From an uncultured virus (IMG/VR IMGVR_UViG_2663763270_000002) (taxonomy: Duplodnaviria > Heunggongvirae > Uroviricota > Caudoviricetes), in IMG/VR virus record IMGVR_UViG_2663763270_000002: a DNA stretch of 64,000 nt. One strand, written 5' to 3'. Below, piece after piece: positions 48,050 through 56,636 of the stretch. Within the stretch, counting starts at the first letter, position 1, and each line of letters opens with the position of its first letter. The notes beneath the pieces are model-generated. The model ran no database searches, was not told the origin of the DNA, and was given only the letters and a program-made list of their open reading frames with translations. The translations under genes were made by a program, and so were the position numbers.

Positions 48050-48170
48050 CACGCCTCCTGACATCGGGTCGGCAAGAGAACACCGGCCGCCCCCACCCGA
48101 AAGACGGGCGCGGTCGACCGGCAAGAAGGGGATAGCCTGGCTGCCGTTGCCGGGAGGGCAGGCTATTTCG

Positions 48171-48244
48171 TGGCGGTGTCGCGATTTGAACGCGAGACTC
48201 CAGCTTATGAGACTGGCGAGTTAACCGACCTTCTCCACACCGCT
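48171..48244 (-). tRNA. tRNA-Met(CAT), initiator-like body, no encoded CCA
   Basis: AGCGGTG/CACCGCC acceptor, CCAGT-CTCATAA-GCTGG anticodon arm, TCGCG-TTCAAAT-CGCGA T arm. Confidence 0.9.
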
Positions 48245-48752
48245 ATGCGGCAGGCGCCGAAGGGATCACGCCGTCCGGCCACCTGCCCTGTAGTCGCCCC
48301 GCGAACGGGACTGGTGAGCCGTTACCTCACTGCTCGGCATCCCGTGGTGCCGCAACGCTTACGCGGTGGCGGATGGCTGCCGTAGCCACACCATCCGCCA
48401 GTGAGGACCATCAGCCGAAAACGGAAAGCCCTCTACCGTTACCGCTCATCGCAGCTGACCGGCCTCGTCGTCCGGCGAGTAATCCGATCAGCCACTACCC
48501 GACCTACCGCAATAGACCAGGCCAAGTTAAGGGGTGGGGAGAGTTCCTAGCTCTCCGTCCGGGGCATGGACCGTAAGGCTATGTAATTCCCGGTGCTGCG
48601 ACTTGCCCGCTGAGGCATCGGTTTCCGCCCGCTAAGGCTTCCCCTCAGGCACTCGCCCGTCAGGTTCCCGACAGTCGCACACATTCGCGGCCCGATCACG
48701 CAGTAGCCGCTCACTCTGTCACCACCAGCGCGGCTAGCTAGGCCACGCTTTG
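48245..48752 (-). ncRNA. Candidate ~500-nt structured non-coding RNA
   Basis: No credible ORF; many nested helices; bracketed by two tRNA folds. Confidence 0.55.
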
Positions 48753-48841
48753 CTCCCCGCCCGCGATTCGAACGCGGACCCACCCTGGCCGCACCATCCG
48801 AGGCGCAAGCGCCGGCACTCTTTCCATTGAGCTAGCGGGGA
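48753..48841 (-). ncRNA. tRNA-like element with tRNA-Asn-like body and aberrant extended anticodon arm
   Basis: TCCCCGC/GCGGGGA+G, GCTC-AATGGAAA-GAGT, CCGCG-TTCGAAT-CGCGG; no 7-nt anticodon loop. Confidence 0.8.
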
Positions 48842-48976
48842 AACCGATATGAAGTTGTGGATTCCTTGGGCCGATCCACTGAAGGAGTGTGGTGGCAGCA
48901 CCACGGGCGACCAAGGCAAGTGGAGATGCCAAAACTGGGGCAATCTGCTTTTGGGTACAACTCACCCGCAAATCAG

Positions 48977-49033
48977 ATGGTAGGGCATGATCGGCGGCGG
49001 AAGCCCAATCGTTTGTAACAATTATGTTACAAA
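48977..49033 (-). promoter_or_regulatory. Putative promoter (-10 TACCAT) with AT-rich palindrome
   Basis: TTTGTAACA-ATTA-TGTTACAAA at 49012-49033. Confidence 0.6.
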
Positions 49034-49069
49034 TTTCGTTGAAGGATTGACTCCACCCTGCACCAGCAA

Positions 49070-50458
49070 CTAGACGCCGATCAATTGCCCCGCCAAATAC
49101 TCCTCCACCCGCGCCAACGACACCCGCTCCTGCGACATCGAATCCCGCTCACGCACCGTCACCGCCTGATCCTCCAACGAATCAAAATCCACCGTGATGC
49201 AGAACGGGGTGCCGATCTCGTCCTGGCGGCGGTAGCGGCGGCCGATCGCACCCGCGTCGTCGAACTCCACGTTCCAGTGCTTGCGCAGCTGCGCGGCCAG
49301 ATCCTTGGCCTTCGGGGTGAGGTCGGCGTTGCGCGAGAGCGGCAGCACGGCGGCCTTGACCGGGGCGAGCCTGCGGTCAAGGCGCAGCACCGTGCGCACG
49401 TCCACTCCGCCCTTGGCGTTGGGCGCCTCGTCCTCGGCGTAGGCGTCGACGAGGAACGCCATCAGCGAGCGGGTCAGACCGGCCGCCGGCTCGATGACGT
49501 AGGGGATGTAGCGCTCGTTGTTGGCCTGGTCGAAGTAGCTCAGCTCGGTGCCCGAGTGCTCGGAGTGCGTCTTGAGGTCGTAGTCGGTGCGGTTGGCGAC
49601 GCCCTCCAGCTCACCCCACTCGCTGCCCTGGAAGCGGAAGCGGTACTCGATGTCGACGGTGCGCGTCGAGTAGTGCGACAGCTTCTCCTTCGGGTGCTCG
49701 TAGAGGCGCAGGTTCTCCGGGTCGATACCCAGGTCGGTGTACCAGGCCAGCCGGGTGTCGATCCAGTACTGGTGCCACTGCTCGTCCTCGCCCGGCTTGA
49801 CGAAGAACTCCATCTCCATCTGCTCGAACTCGCGGGTGCGGAAGATGAAGTTGCCCGGGGTGATCTCGTTGCGGAAGCTCTTGCCGATCTGGGCGATGCC
49901 GAACGGCGGCTTCTTGCGCGCGGTGGTCTCGACGTTCTTGTAGTTGATGAAGATGCCCTGGGCGGTCTCCGGGCGCAGGTAGTGCAGGCCCTCCTCGTCG
50001 TCGACCGGGCCCAGGAAGGTCTTGAGCAGGCCGGAGAAGTTGCGCGGCTCGGTCCACCGGCCGGGCTCGCCGGTCTCGGGGTCGCGGATGTCGGCCAGGC
50101 CGTTGGCCGGCGGGTGGCCGTGCTTCTCCTCGTACGCCTCCAGCAGATGGTCGGCGCGGTAGCGCTTGTGCGTGATCAGCGACTCGACCAGCGGGTCGGT
50201 GAAGGTGGCGACGTGGCCGGAGGCCTCCCAGACCTGACGCGGCAGGATCACCGAGGAGTCCAGGCCGACGACGTCCTCGCGGCTGGTCACCATCGACCGC
50301 CACCACTGCCGCTTGATGTTCTCCTTCAGCTCCACCCCGAGCGGCCCGTAGTCCCAGGCCGACTTGGTGCCTCCGTAGATCTCACCGCACGGGTACACCA
50401 GCCCCCGGCGCTTGGCGAGGTTGGCAACGGTGTCCACCTTGGATTTGGTCTTTGACAT
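49070..50458 (-). CDS. glyS: Glycine--tRNA ligase (homodimeric class IIa)
   Basis: [55 protein letters not shown]. Confidence 0.98.
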   Translation of the reverse strand: MSKTKSKVDTVANLAKRRGLVYPCGEIYGGTKSAWDYGPLGVELKENIKRQWWRSMVTSREDVVGLDSSVILPRQVWEASGHVATFTDPLVESLITHKRYRADHLLEAYEEKHGHPPANGLADIRDPETGEPGRWTEPRNFSGLLKTFLGPVDDEEGLHYLRPETAQGIFINYKNVETTARKKPPFGIAQIGKSFRNEITPGNFIFRTREFEQMEMEFFVKPGEDEQWHQYWIDTRLAWYTDLGIDPENLRLYEHPKEKLSHYSTRTVDIEYRFRFQGSEWGELEGVANRTDYDLKTHSEHSGTELSYFDQANNERYIPYVIEPAAGLTRSLMAFLVDAYAEDEAPNAKGGVDVRTVLRLDRRLAPVKAAVLPLSRNADLTPKAKDLAAQLRKHWNVEFDDAGAIGRRYRRQDEIGTPFCITVDFDSLEDQAVTVRERDSMSQERVSLARVEEYLAGQLIGV

Positions 50459-50495
50459 GCGGCAGTGCTCCTGTCCAGGGCTGGCGGGGGATAGA

Positions 50496-50537
50496 CAACA
50501 GGCCCTAACCCTAGTCAGAGAGGGTTAGGGCCTGTTG
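50496..50537. terminator. Perfect 17-bp inverted repeat between thg1 and glyS
   Basis: CAACAGGCCCTAACCCT-8nt-AGGGTTAGGGCCTGTTG. Confidence 0.7.
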
Positions 50538-50551
50538 AGTGGGGTTCGCGG

Positions 50552-51235
50552 TCAGGCGGCGTTCTGTTCGGCAGGTGTGACGGACCTCAAGTACTCGTTG
50601 ATGTCTGTCCAGGTCCACTGCTCATGATGGATGGATTTGTCGGCGAGGATGAAGGTGCCGTTCTTCTCTCGCATGGACAGGGCCGCCCAGTTGATGCCCC
50701 TTGCGTGCAGCATGTCGTGGATCGCCGTCCGGTTCTTCCCGTGCAGCTCACGGTGTGAGAAGTGCGCGCGCGCCAGCATCTGCAACGAGTTCCGCGCCCA
50801 GTCCTGCTGGCGCCACACGAACACGTTCGGCGCGTCCGGCTGTGGCACCACGAACGCCCGCGAATCGAACACCGCCGTCGGCTTCTCTCGGAACAGCCGG
50901 TTGAAGTGCATCGTCATCGTCGACGCCGAGATCGACACCAGCTTGTTCACCTCGTACCCGAACCAGCCGGCCGTGTCGTGCGTATCGAAATCGGTCAGCA
51001 GGAACGTCGCCTCATCCGACTGGACATAGCCGAGCTTGAATCCCTGCATCTCCCGTGCAGTTTCCACCGCGGCGTCGACCATCGTCTGCATGAGGACGGG
51101 GTCGAACGGCCGCCGCATGCCGCGCGTGAACGTGTGGAACGCCTTGCCGTCGACCCGCAGGAACACGCACGAGTTCGGCGTGAGCCGGTAGTTCGAGGCG
51201 GCCTCGTAGGCTTTGATCCGGTCGCCGAGTTTCAT
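50552..51235 (-). CDS. Thg1-like tRNA(His) guanylyltransferase / 3'-5' polymerase
   Basis: RVDGKAFHTFT, YVQSDE, KLVS..AS, FDSR, WRQQD..RNS, KNG. Confidence 0.93.
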   Translation of the reverse strand: MKLGDRIKAYEAASNYRLTPNSCVFLRVDGKAFHTFTRGMRRPFDPVLMQTMVDAAVETAREMQGFKLGYVQSDEATFLLTDFDTHDTAGWFGYEVNKLVSISASTMTMHFNRLFREKPTAVFDSRAFVVPQPDAPNVFVWRQQDWARNSLQMLARAHFSHRELHGKNRTAIHDMLHARGINWAALSMREKNGTFILADKSIHHEQWTWTDINEYLRSVTPAEQNAA

Positions 51236-51492
51236 GCCGCCTCCTGGTGTTCGACGGGTACGGCTCGAAACACGGACCGGTTCGGCGCCGACCGTGCAGG
51301 TTCGAGAAGGCGGTACGTCCATGTCCCGTTCGCGCAGCGGAATGTGACCGGGTTGCCGTCCCTGGACACGAACTCGCTGGGTAATTCGGCAAGGAACTCC
51401 TGGGTGATCGAGATGCGTGGCAGCGGGTTGACGCACTCGATTGCGCTGGCGCCGTCGTCCCGCAGGCGGGCCCGGAAGTACATCACGGTCAC
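51232..51492 (-). CDS. Hypothetical protein
   Basis: Start/stop overlaps on both sides. Confidence 0.55.
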   Translation of the reverse strand: MTVMYFRARLRDDGASAIECVNPLPRISITQEFLAELPSEFVSRDGNPVTFRCANGTWTYRLLEPARSAPNRSVFRAVPVEHQEAA

Positions 51493-52307
51493 GCTGCCGC
51501 CTCGAACAATCCGATCTGCTGGACAAGCTCGCCCTTTGCTCCCGCGGGCGCGACGGCGAGGTTGCAGGCTGTGAAGTCGACGGTCACGATCTCCGTAGCT
51601 GGCGATACCCCATGCCAGTCCTCCTGGTGGGAGCTGGTGTCGATGCCGCAGTTCGGCTCCAACACGATCCCCGTTTCCCGTACGAACTTGTCGTACTCGC
51701 GGCCGCCGGTCCCGTCCTGGTAAAACGGTTTGCCGCTGTAGTCGAACGGCGCCGACATTTGCGGAATGATGAACACCCCATAGTCGGCCACCTGCGCGGC
51801 GACCGCGATCACGTGGTACTCGAACTTTCGGGACGTGCAGCCGGGCGCGTTCTTGGATCGTTTGATCGCCCCGAACGGCGGGTTTCCGATCGCCACATCG
51901 AACCACCCCAGCCCCATGTCGGGCACGTCGAGGATGTCGCCGCAAATCCAGGTCGCTTCGGGCAGGATCTTCCGGCCGACACGTACGTAGTCGGGATTGC
52001 GCTCCACGCACACGAACTCGCGCTCCGGGTCGCCGGCCCAGCGGTTACGGCACCCGTGCGAGAGACGTCCGATCCCCGCGCCGAGGTCGATCAACCGACC
52101 GAACCGGCCGGTCAACTCGACAGAGAAGTCTTGCGCCAACCCTGCCGGGGTGAAAAACGCCCCGTGCGTGGAGTTCGCGGCAGTCGACATCTCCTGGAAG
52201 TTGTCGAGCACAAACGACTTCTCGTCCTCGGTGAGATCACGGTCGAGATCGACGAGAGCAAGCGCTTCAGCGTGCAGCTTCTCCTGCTGCTTCGTCATCT
52301 TCCCCAC
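51489..52307 (-). CDS. SAM-dependent amino-methyltransferase (likely DNA adenine)
   Basis: GAFFTP, DLGAGIG, GNPPFG. Confidence 0.85.
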   Translation of the reverse strand: MGKMTKQQEKLHAEALALVDLDRDLTEDEKSFVLDNFQEMSTAANSTHGAFFTPAGLAQDFSVELTGRFGRLIDLGAGIGRLSHGCRNRWAGDPEREFVCVERNPDYVRVGRKILPEATWICGDILDVPDMGLGWFDVAIGNPPFGAIKRSKNAPGCTSRKFEYHVIAVAAQVADYGVFIIPQMSAPFDYSGKPFYQDGTGGREYDKFVRETGIVLEPNCGIDTSSHQEDWHGVSPATEIVTVDFTACNLAVAPAGAKGELVQQIGLFEAAA

Positions 52308-52900
52308 TACACTGCCTCCACTTGGAGTGCGCCGCGGATGTCGGGCGGCGTCCAGTCGGCAGGCTTCAAGATCTTGCCGTCGTCCCGTCGAATGACCTTG
52401 CCGTCCACGAATTTCGCGAAGTTGGATCGCGCGACCTCGGCCCACACCCGGTCCAGTGGTATCCGCAGCAGGACAGCGAGGGCGGACAGCTGGTACATGC
52501 CGCGATGCCCGAGCACGTCGGTGTCGATCAGGTTCCGGGCGTGGATCGCGCGCCGCAGTCGGTTGTCGGTGGCGTGGAGTTCGTCGATGACGGTTTCCAT
52601 CGCTGCGTCGGGCAGGTCTTCCCAGGTGGGCGGGTGTGGTGAGGGGGTGATGAGGTCGATGTAGTCGCGGGCGAGACCGAGCCGCAGCAGCAGTCCTGCG
52701 CGTACCCAGAGCCCGTCAGCGATGGCGTCGGCCGTTTCGATCATGTCGCGTTCGCGGAGCGCGGTTGCGAGTTCGTCGCGTTCTTCTTTGACGAGGCGGT
52801 AGGCCAGGTCGAGGTCGGCTTGGTTGACCCATCCGGGAGTGGGGCGGAGGGGTACGCCTGCGGTGTGGTTCCAGTCGGCGACGTCGGTCCAGAAGGTCAT
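52307..52900 (-). CDS. MazG-like all-alpha NTP pyrophosphatase (tandem domains)
   Basis: EE.DEL..ETADAIAD; V..SN..K..RRDDGKILKP.DW.PP. Confidence 0.8.
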   Translation of the reverse strand: MTFWTDVADWNHTAGVPLRPTPGWVNQADLDLAYRLVKEERDELATALRERDMIETADAIADGLWVRAGLLLRLGLARDYIDLITPSPHPPTWEDLPDAAMETVIDELHATDNRLRRAIHARNLIDTDVLGHRGMYQLSALAVLLRIPLDRVWAEVARSNFAKFVDGKVIRRDDGKILKPADWTPPDIRGALQVEAV

Positions 52901-54012
52901 TGGGCGGCTGATTCCATTCGGTCGTCGAGGTAGGTCATGGCGCGGAGTACGAGTTGGCGCAGGCGGTCGAGGTGGAGGCGGGCACCGAACTCGTCACCGT
53001 GTGCGTGGGCGGACTCGAAATCTGCTGCGGTGGAGGTGATGTCGGCACGGACTTGGCGTTCGTCCTCGGTGGTGGGGTGTTTCCACAGCCTGTGGATCGC
53101 CATCCGCTCTGCTGTGGATTCGACGCGCCATTGCACAGACGGGTGGTACTGAGCGCTGCCGTGCTCGATGTCCCATGTCATGTAGGTGGCCTCGGTCATC
53201 TGCTCGGTGGTGATGTACTCACCCCATTGCTTGAATAAAAACGGCACCCCGGCGGCGGTGCACTGGTCGCGCAGCGAGCGGGCCCACTCGGGGTGCATCG
53301 GCCGGGCGCCGCGGCCCGATTCCCCGCCGACGATCACCCAGTCGAGCTTTTCCGCAGCGGCTTCCCACCGGCCGGGGTGCCCGTACCGCCCATTCAGGGC
53401 GTCGAGATGCGTGGCGGTGCCTGCCTGGAACGGGATTCTGGTGAGGTCCACCGGCCCGAGAAGCGGTTCGGCGCTGACGAAGCGGACGGCAGCCGAGGTA
53501 CCAAGCAGGGTAGGAATGCGGAGGTTCGCCCAGTGCTGGTTCTCGGCGGAGACGCCGAGCCACACGTTCGGGAGCGGCCACGGCGCGTCGTAGATCGCGG
53601 TCGCCGTGTCCTCGTCCGTCGCGGCTTCGAGGAGCCGCTGCGCGCCGTCGACCCGGTCGCCGAGTAGAGACCGCATGCGGCCCGGCCGCTTCGTCAGGAT
53701 CTGGAACGTGTGCTGCGGCGCTCGCGCCATCGTCGCGAAAACCCGCGCGATGAACTCGTCAGGCACGTCCTTGTGGAACAGGTCCGACATGCTGTTGACG
53801 AACACGCGCCGCGGCTTCCTCCACCGCAGAGGTTCACCCAACCGCTCCGGCCGCAACGTCACCCCGAATCCGTTGGGAAACTGCGGCGTTCCCGCGAACC
53901 GGTGCGCGATGCCCTCGGCGTAGCAGTGGTCACAGCCCGGCGAGACCTTGTCGCAGCCTGTTACCGGCGACCAAGTTGAATCAGTCCACTCGATCTTGGT
54001 AGTAGCGCCCAT
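52897..54012 (-). CDS. DUF5131 / Gp37-Gp68 radical-SAM-like protein
   Basis: TKIEWTD.TW.PVTGC..SPGCDHCYA, SMSDLFH, WVIVGGESG, FKQWG. Confidence 0.92.
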   Translation of the reverse strand: MGATTKIEWTDSTWSPVTGCDKVSPGCDHCYAEGIAHRFAGTPQFPNGFGVTLRPERLGEPLRWRKPRRVFVNSMSDLFHKDVPDEFIARVFATMARAPQHTFQILTKRPGRMRSLLGDRVDGAQRLLEAATDEDTATAIYDAPWPLPNVWLGVSAENQHWANLRIPTLLGTSAAVRFVSAEPLLGPVDLTRIPFQAGTATHLDALNGRYGHPGRWEAAAEKLDWVIVGGESGRGARPMHPEWARSLRDQCTAAGVPFLFKQWGEYITTEQMTEATYMTWDIEHGSAQYHPSVQWRVESTAERMAIHRLWKHPTTEDERQVRADITSTAADFESAHAHGDEFGARLHLDRLRQLVLRAMTYLDDRMESAAQ

Positions 54013-54293
54013 CAGGCTGCCCACTTTGCGTTTCGCCGAATCCGCAGGATTGCGGTGTGGCTCACGCCGTAATCCGCGGCAACGATTCGCGAGGGCCGAT
54101 TGTCGAACCCGTACCATCCGAGCTTGGAGGATGTGCCTGTCTCGTCGGCGCGCGCGAACCTGTCGGCTGCGGCGTGCTCGTAGGTCGATTCCAGCTCGGC
54201 TCGACTGCCGCACCGGATCGGCGCGTCCATGACGGACGAGTAGACGACGTAGAAGTCCTCGTCACGGGTCGGTTTGATGATCGTGTGGCTCAT
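54012..54293 (-). CDS. Hypothetical protein
   Basis: Coupled ORF; RFARADETGTSS. Confidence 0.55.
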   Translation of the reverse strand: MSHTIIKPTRDEDFYVVYSSVMDAPIRCGSRAELESTYEHAAADRFARADETGTSSKLGWYGFDNRPSRIVAADYGVSHTAILRIRRNAKWAA

Positions 54294-54296
54294 GGT

Positions 54297-54860
54297 TCAG
54301 CTCCAGAGGTGCGGCAGGATGTCGATGAAGTCGTGGCGTGCCTGCTGGATGCGTTCATGCCAGGCGTCTTCGCGGGCCTGTTGGGCGTCGTAGATCGCCC
54401 GCTCCTCGCCTACTCGGGGCTTCATGCGGAAGCTGCCGTCAGGTTGCGGAATGAACTCTCCGGGCGGCTCCAGCACAGCCATTTCTTCCTCAGTGAAGCG
54501 CGGTCTCGGTTCCGACAGACGGGCGATCAGGTCTTCGAACGATTCACGGAACCGCTCGCGGTCGAGGACGCTGTAGTCGAGGTGATAGCGCAGCGACGCG
54601 GCAGCGAACTCGTTGAAGCTGGCGTCGAACTCGTCGAGCATCCAATCCACCGACGGCTTGCGCTCGAACCCGACCAACTTCCAGTAGGGCTGTGCGCGCC
54701 CGTGGAGGGTGATGTCCCAGGGGCCGAGCGGCATCAACCACACGTGTTCACGGCAGCGGCCGCGGGCGTGTCCCCACCGGGGTTCCCCGTCCGGGTCGGG
54801 GTAGTGGGTTTGGATGCTGAGCCACCAGCGCAGCAGTGGCACCCGGAGAGAGCAGTACAT
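54297..54860 (-). CDS. Hypothetical protein, possibly leaderless
   Basis: 187-aa ORF; -10-like TATGCT just before the ATG. Confidence 0.55.
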   Translation of the reverse strand: MYCSLRVPLLRWWLSIQTHYPDPDGEPRWGHARGRCREHVWLMPLGPWDITLHGRAQPYWKLVGFERKPSVDWMLDEFDASFNEFAAASLRYHLDYSVLDRERFRESFEDLIARLSEPRPRFTEEEMAVLEPPGEFIPQPDGSFRMKPRVGEERAIYDAQQAREDAWHERIQQARHDFIDILPHLWS

Positions 54861-54904
54861 GACCCAAGCATAGTTTAGTGTCTATACTCCGGTCTAGTCT
54901 GCAT

Positions 54905-55672
54905 TCACTGCATGTCGATGATGGCGGTGTTGTCGGCGATGGGTGCGTGGTCTCCGTCGAGGATGTGCACCATGGTCGAGTAGCGTTCACCGTTCAATCT
55001 GGTGTCGAGGCGGCAGTGGTAGTGGCCAGCGAACAGGCGCTTCGGTTGCACGACGTCGACGACCCCGCGGAGGACGCGACGGTTGAGTTCGGCTGCGTAG
55101 ATCTGGGCCTCAGGGAACCTGAATGGGTTGCCTTCGATGCACGGGATTCGGATGCCGGCGGGTACGTCGTGGCAGATCATGATGTCGGCGGGTCCGCCTT
55201 CACAGGCGCGGAGGGCGTCGGCTGTGGTGATGGTTTCGCCTGGCCACCATTCGATGTGTGGGCGACGCCAGGGCCGGTCAACGCTGTGCGCGCCGCCCAT
55301 CGCGAGTAAGCGGACTCCGTTCCAGGTCCATCGGTATCCGCGGGGCAGGTACCAGATGCGGGGCCGGATGGGGATGGCGGTGTGGCCGTGGTCCCTGACG
55401 AGTTCGGCGAGCAGGGTGTGGTTGTCGTGGTTGCCGTCGACCCAGCCGAGGACGAGGCCGGTCTCTTCGAGTGCGTCTTGGACGTGATCGAGGAAGTCTG
55501 GTGACCCGTCGAAGTTCTCGCGCATGTCGTAGGCGAAGTCGCCGACATGCAGGATCATCTGTGCACCCTGCTGGGCTGCGTAGGTGATGGTTTTGCGTGC
55601 GTAGGCGGCGTTCGCATGCCAGTCACCACAAACTGCGATCCGGGACGGCTGCAACACCTCGAAGGCAGTCAT
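54905..55672 (-). CDS. Metallophosphoesterase
   Basis: GDWH, GDF, GNHD, HD, GHYH. Confidence 0.9.
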   Translation of the reverse strand: MTAFEVLQPSRIAVCGDWHANAAYARKTITYAAQQGAQMILHVGDFAYDMRENFDGSPDFLDHVQDALEETGLVLGWVDGNHDNHTLLAELVRDHGHTAIPIRPRIWYLPRGYRWTWNGVRLLAMGGAHSVDRPWRRPHIEWWPGETITTADALRACEGGPADIMICHDVPAGIRIPCIEGNPFRFPEAQIYAAELNRRVLRGVVDVVQPKRLFAGHYHCRLDTRLNGERYSTMVHILDGDHAPIADNTAIIDMQ

Positions 55673-55687
55673 GAACTGCTCTCTTCT

Positions 55688-55975
55688 TCAGTCATCGTCG
55701 TCTCCGGGTTCGGGGTCGAGGGTGTGTGTGGTGATGTAGTAGCCGTCGACGGCGTAGTAGTCGTCGTCATCGATGTCAGGACTGGGGGTTTCGATGTGCG
55801 TGTACAGGGTGTTGTCCTGTCCGAAACCCATCGTGTTCCAGATCAGGTCGTCGCGGCGGGTTCGTTTCGCAACATAGGCTTGCGCCTTCTCGACCGTTGA
55901 GAAGCTGGCGACAGGGTAAGAGCGTCCGCCGAGATCCTCATCACCTAGGTATTCGAGCAGGTAGATGGTGGTCAT
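55688..55975 (-). CDS. Acidic hypothetical protein
   Basis: RBS AGGAG; coupled ORF. Confidence 0.55.
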   Translation of the reverse strand: MTTIYLLEYLGDEDLGGRSYPVASFSTVEKAQAYVAKRTRRDDLIWNTMGFGQDNTLYTHIETPSPDIDDDDYYAVDGYYITTHTLDPEPGDDDD

Positions 55976-56184
55976 TCGTGTTCTCCTGCTGGTCCGAGTT
56001 CGCCGTGGTAGCGGCCGAGCGCTGCCCAGGCGAGGCGATGGCGGAGGGACGCGTACTGGCCGATGCGGTGCATGTCGGCGAGTTCGTCGAACGTGCACCC
56101 GAGGTCGTTGAGGGCGTTACGGATCGCGATCCGGGTGTCCTGGTCGGTGACGTAGATGATCTCGGCTTTGCCGACGATTCTCAT
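55972..56184 (-). CDS. Hypothetical protein
   Basis: RBS GGAG; coupled ORF. Confidence 0.5.
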   Translation of the reverse strand: MRIVGKAEIIYVTDQDTRIAIRNALNDLGCTFDELADMHRIGQYASLRHRLAWAALGRYHGELGPAGEHE

Positions 56185-56636
56185 TCGTTCTCCATGAGGC
56201 GCGAGTCATTGGACGGACCTTCGTGACTTCGCTCAGCCGGTAAAGCCTCACCACGGGCTCGTCACTGCCGGGGAGGTTGACAGCGACATGGACAACTGTG
56301 GGACCGACATAGATGACGGTGCCTTCGTCGCGGCGGGGACCGAAGGGAACGGTCACCGTGTCGCCGGGTTTCAGCGTCCCCATCCGAGCCTCCTGATCGC
56401 GCGGACCGCGGCTTGCTCGTGGCGGCGGCACACCCAATGCTCGCCCGGGTACTCGCCGTCCTCGTCGCCGGTTTCGATGCGGAACGGCCAACCGTGCGCG
56501 ACGTTGTCGATCACGCACCACCAGAACGTGCCCGGACAGTGGGTGAAGATGCCCCGTTGATGGAAGTCCCACCACCACGCGGCCGCCCGCGCCCGCCAAC
56601 CAGTCATAGCATCTATTCTAATCGGGCGTGTCCACC

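Noticed and set aside
48061..48170. Theta/HDV-like ribozyme in the tRNA trailer
   Set aside because: Only simple hairpins (ATAGCCTG/CAGGCTAT) are visible; no nested double pseudoknot
48245..48841. tmRNA, RNase P RNA, T-box or group I intron
   Set aside because: No Ala-type G3-U70 acceptor or tag ORF, no GAGGAAAGUCC, lies downstream rather than upstream of glyS, and no recognisable intron core
49070..49200. attL/attR from site-specific integration into the glyS 3' end
   Set aside because: Both flanks are phage genes in continuous order, with no adjacent integrase and no duplicate 3' fragment seen in the window; not excluded genome-wide
49085..50455. 456-aa plus-strand ORF and similar long antisense ORFs (16009..17469, 30722..32092, 33806..35071)
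   Set aside because: Antisense shadows of high-GC3 genes with no motifs
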